The translations under genes and the position numbers were made by a program. The notes under the pieces are model-generated. The model saw only the letters and a list, made by a program, of their open reading frames with translations, did not search any database and had not been told where the DNA came from. Of a DNA stretch of 33,469 bases, positions 29,024 to 33,469 are shown piece after piece. This stretch comes from Pseudomonadota bacterium (lineage in GTDB: Bacteria > Pseudomonadota > Gammaproteobacteria > Burkholderiales > JALYOK01), in NCBI GenBank assembly GCA_031398205.1, contig JANNMV010000341.1:1-33469 (forward strand), read 5' to 3'. Each line of letters begins with the position of its first letter. The stretch's first letter is position 1.

Positions 29024-29736
29024 TGGCGGGGATCGAGATGCTGCAAGTTAAGGGCGCCAGCACCGGCTATGGCACTACGCCGATTTTACAAGGCATGGAA
29101 TTCACCGTGAACAAAGGCGAGATCGTCGCCATCATCGGCCGCAACGGCGTCGGCAAATCGACGTTGATGAAGTGCCTGATCGGTCTGCTGCCATGCAACG
29201 CGGGTAGCATCTGGTTCAACGGCGGCGATGTTACCCGGGAACCCGCCAACCGGCGCGCCGGACTTGGAATGGGCTACATCCCACAGGGCCGTGAAGTGTT
29301 TCCCCAATTAACCGTCGCTGAGAACCTGTTCATGGGCAATCTGATCAGCCGTCACAAGACGACCAAATTGACGGACCTAGTGTACAAATACTTTCCGATC
29401 CTAACCGAGCGACGCGAGCAAAAGGCTGGCACCATGAGCGGCGGCGAACAACAGCAGCTTGCAATAGGACGGGCGTTGATCGGCAATCCGGACCTGATGC
29501 TGTTGGACGAACCCTCCGAAGGCATACAGCCTTCCATCGTGCAGCAGATCGCCGAAAATGTTCGGCAGCTCAATAAGGAAATCGGATTGACCGTGTTGTT
29601 TGTCGAACAGAACGTCGACATGATCATGCATATGGCGCAACGTTGTTACGTGATGGATAAAGGCCGGATCGTCGACGAAGTGGCGCCGGAAAAATTGGCG
29701 GACCCAGCGGTGGTACGCCGTTATTTAGCGGTTTAA
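29023..29736 (+). CDS. ABC transporter ATP-binding protein (UrtE/LivF-type)
   Basis: GRNGVGKSTL Walker A and PQGREVFPQLTV (UrtE-like), signature MSGGEQQQLAIG, and Walker B LMLLDEP. It overlaps the upstream stop by 1 nt (TGATG). Confidence 0.9.
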   Translation: MAGIEMLQVKGASTGYGTTPILQGMEFTVNKGEIVAIIGRNGVGKSTLMKCLIGLLPCNAGSIWFNGGDVTREPANRRAGLGMGYIPQGREVFPQLTVAENLFMGNLISRHKTTKLTDLVYKYFPILTERREQKAGTMSGGEQQQLAIGRALIGNPDLMLLDEPSEGIQPSIVQQIAENVRQLNKEIGLTVLFVEQNVDMIMHMAQRCYVMDKGRIVDEVAPEKLADPAVVRRYLAV

Positions 29737-29763
29737 AAACACCCTATTCGGGAGGCGGTAAAC

Positions 29764-30753
29764 ATGGATTGGCTTAAAACTTCGATTATGCATACCCGCG
29801 GTGTGGCCAAGGGAAAAATCGGCGCGACCCATCAACTCACGGAAGCCAAGCAAGGCAAATATCACTACACGATGGGCCCGTACTCCGATCCGGTGCTATT
29901 TATTAAGCCGGGTGACCGCGTCGTGGTCGAAACCCGCGATGCGTTTGGAGGCGCGATCAAGAGCGAGCAAGATAAGCCGACGCAAAAGCTCGTGATGCCG
30001 TTTCTTAATCCACAAAACGGCCCCATCATGATCGAAGGGGCCGAAAAAGGCGACGTGGTTGCGGTCTATATCGAAACCATGGTTCCCCGCGGCCCAAACC
30101 CGCTGGGTACTTGCTGCATGATTCCTGAATTCGGCGCACTCACGGGAACTTACTACACCGCAACGCTGAACGATCCATTGCCGGAAATCGTGCGCAAGAT
30201 CAATGTCGACGAAAACAACGTGTATTGGAGCGACCGCGTGACGCTGCCGTACAACCCGCACATCGGCACTTTGAGTCTGTCGCCGGAAATTGATTCCATC
30301 AACTCACTCACCCCCGACAATCACGGTGGCAACATGGACTTGCCGGACATGGGTCCCGGCAGCATCACCTACCTGCCGGTGCGTTCGCCCGGCGCGCGGC
30401 TGTTCATTGGCGATGCACACGCCTGTCAAGGCGATGGCGAGGTCTGCGGCGTCGCCGTTGAATATCCCACCACCACCACTATCCACGTCGAGTTGATCAA
30501 GGCCTGGCCGATCGAATGGCCGCGGCTGGAACGGGAAGACTTCATCATGGCGATCGGCAGCACCCGCCCGCTGGAGGACGCAACACGCATCGCCTATCGC
30601 GAATTGGTGCGCTGGATGGCCGCGGATTATGGTTTCAACCAATGGGACGCCTATATGATGCTGAGCCAATGCGGCAAGGTGCGGTTGGGCAATTTCGTTG
30701 ACCCCAAATACACCGTCGGCGCTGCGATCAGCAAAACCTATCTTGCACCATGA
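29764..30753 (+). CDS. Acetamidase/formamidase-family amidohydrolase (FmdA/AmdA family)
   Basis: RBS GGGAGG upstream. Motifs NGPIMIEGAEKGDVVAVYIE and HGGNMDLPDMGPGSITYLPV...GDAHACQGDGEVCGVAVE are characteristic of the family. Confidence 0.85.
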   Translation: MDWLKTSIMHTRGVAKGKIGATHQLTEAKQGKYHYTMGPYSDPVLFIKPGDRVVVETRDAFGGAIKSEQDKPTQKLVMPFLNPQNGPIMIEGAEKGDVVAVYIETMVPRGPNPLGTCCMIPEFGALTGTYYTATLNDPLPEIVRKINVDENNVYWSDRVTLPYNPHIGTLSLSPEIDSINSLTPDNHGGNMDLPDMGPGSITYLPVRSPGARLFIGDAHACQGDGEVCGVAVEYPTTTTIHVELIKAWPIEWPRLEREDFIMAIGSTRPLEDATRIAYRELVRWMAADYGFNQWDAYMMLSQCGKVRLGNFVDPKYTVGAAISKTYLAP

Positions 30754-30898
30754 TCAGCGTGTTCACTGATTTGCACAAAGCTGCGTGTCGAGCCCCAGCA
30801 GGTTCGAAACAATCCGAAACCACTATGTGCTCGAACGCGCCCGTTGGGTGCGCCTGATCGGTTGCATTGTCTGCGGGACCCGGCCCAGGAGCCGCTAG

Positions 30899-31342
30899 GG
30901 TATCAAATTCGTTCGCGATGGAGACACCAGCACGGCGGTATCGGTCACCTTCGCGACCAGCGACTTGACAGCGAAGGTCAGCGATGACGATTATGAAAGC
31001 GCCTCCGGCACCTTGAGTTTCGGCGTCGGTGTTACCGCGCAGACTTTCACCATTAAGGTCAAGTCAGATGGGGGTATCGAGAGCGTCGAAGATGTGCGGC
31101 TGTCATTGCTCAACGCAACCAGTGGTGCAGAGATTTCCACACCCAGTGCCACGCTGCAAATTTTCGACGGCGCGCGAATCGACGACGAAGGCTTCGGTGA
31201 CACTTGCGACGATATCAAGCTCGGTGGCTGCACGCTGCGGAAGCGCGCCGCTCTCGATCCGCTACTTCCAATGTTGCTGCTGTTGGCGGGCGCAGCACTG
31301 ATTGCGCGGCGTATGCGGCATCATCCTAGAAACGGCAATTGA
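30899..31342 (+). pseudogene. 3' remnant of a Calx-beta-domain surface protein gene with a C-terminal sorting-like tail
   Basis: Calx-beta-like sequence (VRDGDTSTAVSVTFATSD.TA...DDYESASGTLSFGVGVTAQTFTIKVKSDGGIESVEDVRLSLLNATSGAEI) begins immediately after an in-frame TAG (30896-30898). There is no signal peptide and the first strands of the domain are missing. The only in-frame start is a TTG inside the domain (30965). Confidence 0.55.
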
Positions 31343-31367
31343 CCGCGCGCTCATCCTTCAGCCCTTT

Positions 31368-31408
31368 GATGCCTGGAGACGGGCTACCAGAGCCGATCTC
31401 CAGGCATC
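31368..31408. terminator. 12-bp perfect inverted repeat between convergent genes (possible terminator, no U-tract)
   Basis: GATGCCTGGAGA, a 17-nt loop, then TCTCCAGGCATC. It ends 1 nt before the stop of the minus-strand AttH-like gene. Neither flank is T-rich. Confidence 0.4.
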
Positions 31409-31409
31409 G

Positions 31410-32483
31410 TCAAAATGCAAGTGGGGACGCGTAACCGGTCAATTCTAAATAGCCGCGGCCAACGATCTTACCGTCGATCAGTGCGCGAACCGCGCCCTCC
31501 CAATACACGGCGCGTGTCGTGGCGCCGGAATCGAGCTCTTGATCGTCGAGCAAGGGTTGCAATATTATTTCGCGATCACCCACGCGAACCCGGCACGAAA
31601 CCGGATAGCTCGCATGGGTTCGCGGTGAGCGCCATTGCTTGAGCGGCGTGAAGGAAATTTCCTCCGGGCGCAAAATCTTAATCGCGCCGTTTTTATCGCG
31701 ATAGGTTCCGCCTGCCCACAATGTCTTGCCGGAGTGCTCGCGCATGCGAAATGCCATCAGCGCCGCGCCGTCGTCAAAGTTAATGCCAGCCCAATCCCAG
31801 CCCGCCGCGCGTGGATCCATGTACTCGCTTGACCACTCGTGATCGAGCCAGGCGGTTCCTGTCACCGACTGAGTTTTGCCGTGCTGAATGAGTTTTCCCG
31901 TAAGCTGCAATTGCGCAATGCTGTAGTAGTAACTCGCGGCGAGCGGATTGGGTGACTTCTGGCTGTAGCCACGCTCGCCGTTCAACATCGGCGGCGACCG
32001 CGCCTCAAATTGGAAATCGAACGCGAACTGCGGCGCGAGAATTTTGGCGCGATACTGATTGCCATCTTGCTGCAACGACCAATCGCCGATCCACACGTTG
32101 GTCGCGCCGGTCTTCGCCTCCGCCAGGCCGAGACCGGCGCGCGCGCTGCGTTGTGCGTGCAAAAGCTTTCCTTCCGACACATCGCTCAGCGCGACGTGGG
32201 CGAACAGAATGTGTCGCGGCGAAAATTTGCTCGGGTTATCAGTGGCAACGTTATCGGGGCGGGCGCGAAAGAACGTGATTTGAAATCCACGTTCGCGTTT
32301 ATCAGCGCTTTGTAGCCATCCGGTAACGTACCACCACTCGATTCGAAATTCCGGATGGCTGCCTTCGTCGCGCGGAAAAGCTATTGCCAATCCCGGCGTC
32401 ACATTTGAGTAAGTAATGTTTTCGGCGGCAGGCGCCACCCTCGTTACCGCAAACACGATCGCGAGTAGAAGAATTCTTCGCAT
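31410..32483 (-). CDS. AttH-like lipocalin / CrtC (hydroxyneurosporene synthase)-like domain protein, secreted
   Basis: Signal peptide MRRILLLAIVFAVTRVAPAA. Motifs HPEFRIEWWYVTGWL and AWLDHEWSS are typical of the AttH/CrtC-N family. The ATG at 32483 overlaps the upstream permease stop (ATGA). Confidence 0.75.
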   Translation of the reverse strand: MRRILLLAIVFAVTRVAPAAENITYSNVTPGLAIAFPRDEGSHPEFRIEWWYVTGWLQSADKRERGFQITFFRARPDNVATDNPSKFSPRHILFAHVALSDVSEGKLLHAQRSARAGLGLAEAKTGATNVWIGDWSLQQDGNQYRAKILAPQFAFDFQFEARSPPMLNGERGYSQKSPNPLAASYYYSIAQLQLTGKLIQHGKTQSVTGTAWLDHEWSSEYMDPRAAGWDWAGINFDDGAALMAFRMREHSGKTLWAGGTYRDKNGAIKILRPEEISFTPLKQWRSPRTHASYPVSCRVRVGDREIILQPLLDDQELDSGATTRAVYWEGAVRALIDGKIVGRGYLELTGYASPLAF

Positions 32484-33469
32484 CACCAATCTTCTCGGAC
32501 CGACAGCACCACGTCATCGCCCATCGCTTGGCGTGCGCTGAGCCATGCCGTGGTTGCGGTCGCGGCGATAATTCCAATGCTGAGCAGCGCCAGCCATGAC
32601 CACGGTACATGCACGTCCATGCTCCAATGAAACGATTGCCGTGTCACCACGTGAATCAAGATCAAGCTCAAAACAAATCCGCCGAGGGTGCCCGACAATG
32701 CCCCAAGAACGCCTATCCATGCGCCTTCCAGGCCAAGTGATCGCGCGATTTGACGGCGCGTCAAACCGATGTGACGCAGCATGCCGAATTCTTTGCGGCG
32801 CATCAGCAGCGAACTGCTGAAACTGGCGCTCACCCCGAACAGGCCGATCAACACCGTCATGAGCTCCAGCGCATAGGTGACATAAAAACTCCGATCGAAA
32901 ATTTGTAAGCTGAGTTTCCTGACCTCAAACGAAGTGGTGAACTCCAGTTGCTCGCCTTGCGCTACGTTGATTTTCAATGTGCGGATCACGTCAGCGCCGC
33001 GAAAACCGGGTTGCAGAAACACGGCGGCGTCATTTGCCTTGGTGTCGCCGGTCAAGCGGATGTAGCTATCACGTTCAATCAACAGCGCGCCGAACTGCCG
33101 CGCATAGTCGCGCCAAACGCCGGTGACAATGAATCGCGCCGGCTTTCCGGCGATGGGAATATCGATCTTCTGACCCCTGTCAAAACCGTACAGATCGTGC
33201 ACCGCTTCGGAAATCCAAATGGGCGGCGGATCGTTCGCGTACCGTTGGTAGGTCGTGCCGACCAAAGGCAGTGCGTGATGTTGCGTCAAGTGTTCGACCG
33301 GGCGCGCGATGAGTGCAACCGGCGCCTGATTGGAGCTGAGCACGATGCTCTGGAAGCGGACAAAACTCGCGTAGGCAACACCGGGTGTCGTGGCAATGGC
33401 GTGCTGGGCCGCCTCATCAAAAAAACTCGATTCGCCCGCTTGGCCGGAACGAACGTAAAGATCCGCCGG
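32483..33469 (-). CDS. ABC transporter permease, FtsX/MacB-like (AttF/AttG-type), C-terminal part; gene continues beyond the window
   Basis: The reading frame stays open to the window edge; I translated 33344-33469 by hand and found no stop. FtsX-domain motif MRRKEFGMLRHIGLTRRQI lies between TM helices, with three C-terminal TM segments. Confidence 0.8.
   Translation of the reverse strand, partial: PADLYVRSGQAGESSFFDEAAQHAIATTPGVAYASFVRFQSIVLSSNQAPVALIARPVEHLTQHHALPLVGTTYQRYANDPPPIWISEAVHDLYGFDRGQKIDIPIAGKPARFIVTGVWRDYARQFGALLIERDSYIRLTGDTKANDAAVFLQPGFRGADVIRTLKINVAQGEQLEFTTSFEVRKLSLQIFDRSFYVTYALELMTVLIGLFGVSASFSSSLLMRRKEFGMLRHIGLTRRQIARSLGLEGAWIGVLGALSGTLGGFVLSLILIHVVTRQSFHWSMDVHVPWSWLALLSIGIIAATATTAWLSARQAMGDDVVLSVREDW

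Noticed and set aside
1-33469. CRISPR arrays, tandem repeat arrays, tRNA or rRNA genes, and toxin-antitoxin or defence-system gene pairs.
   Set aside because: Reading both strands showed no regularly spaced repeats, no tRNA-like T-loop/acceptor structure (the GGTTCGAA at 30801 lacks the rest of a tRNA), and no small gene pairs outside the features listed.

Overview
Proteobacterial chromosomal window, beta- or gamma-proteobacterium-like by gene order and moderately GC-rich by eye. It opens with the 3' two-thirds of RNase P RNA (rnpB, 1-304). A complete, tightly packed dcw cluster follows: mraZ-rsmH-ftsL-ftsI-murE-murF-mraY-murD-ftsW-murG-murC-murB-ddl-ftsQ-ftsA-ftsZ, then lpxC (5180-23798). 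After lpxC come a possible small membrane ORF and a convergent DciA/DUF721 gene. The right third holds a five-gene Urt/Fmd-type amide/urea ABC transporter plus an acetamidase/formamidase-family enzyme (25019-30753). Next is a decayed Calx-beta gene remnant with a sorting-signal-like C-terminus. On the minus strand, an AttH-like lipocalin gene is coupled to an FtsX-type ABC permease that runs off the window. The stand-out region is a ~4.4 kb accessory island between rnpB and the mraZ promoter (428-4762). It carries two diverged paralogs of a LuxI/FeeM-like acyltransferase linked to PEP-CTERM/exosortase systems, a stand-alone PaaK/LuxE-like adenylate-forming enzyme, and a PEP-CTERM cargo protein preceded by a sigma-54-type promoter inside a long AT-rich spacer. 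No exosortase, carrier protein, regulator or mobility gene is present in the island, and as far as I know no function has been established for this gene combination. I saw no CRISPR arrays, transposases, integrases, tRNAs or rRNAs. All family assignments come from motif reading and memory, not from searches.
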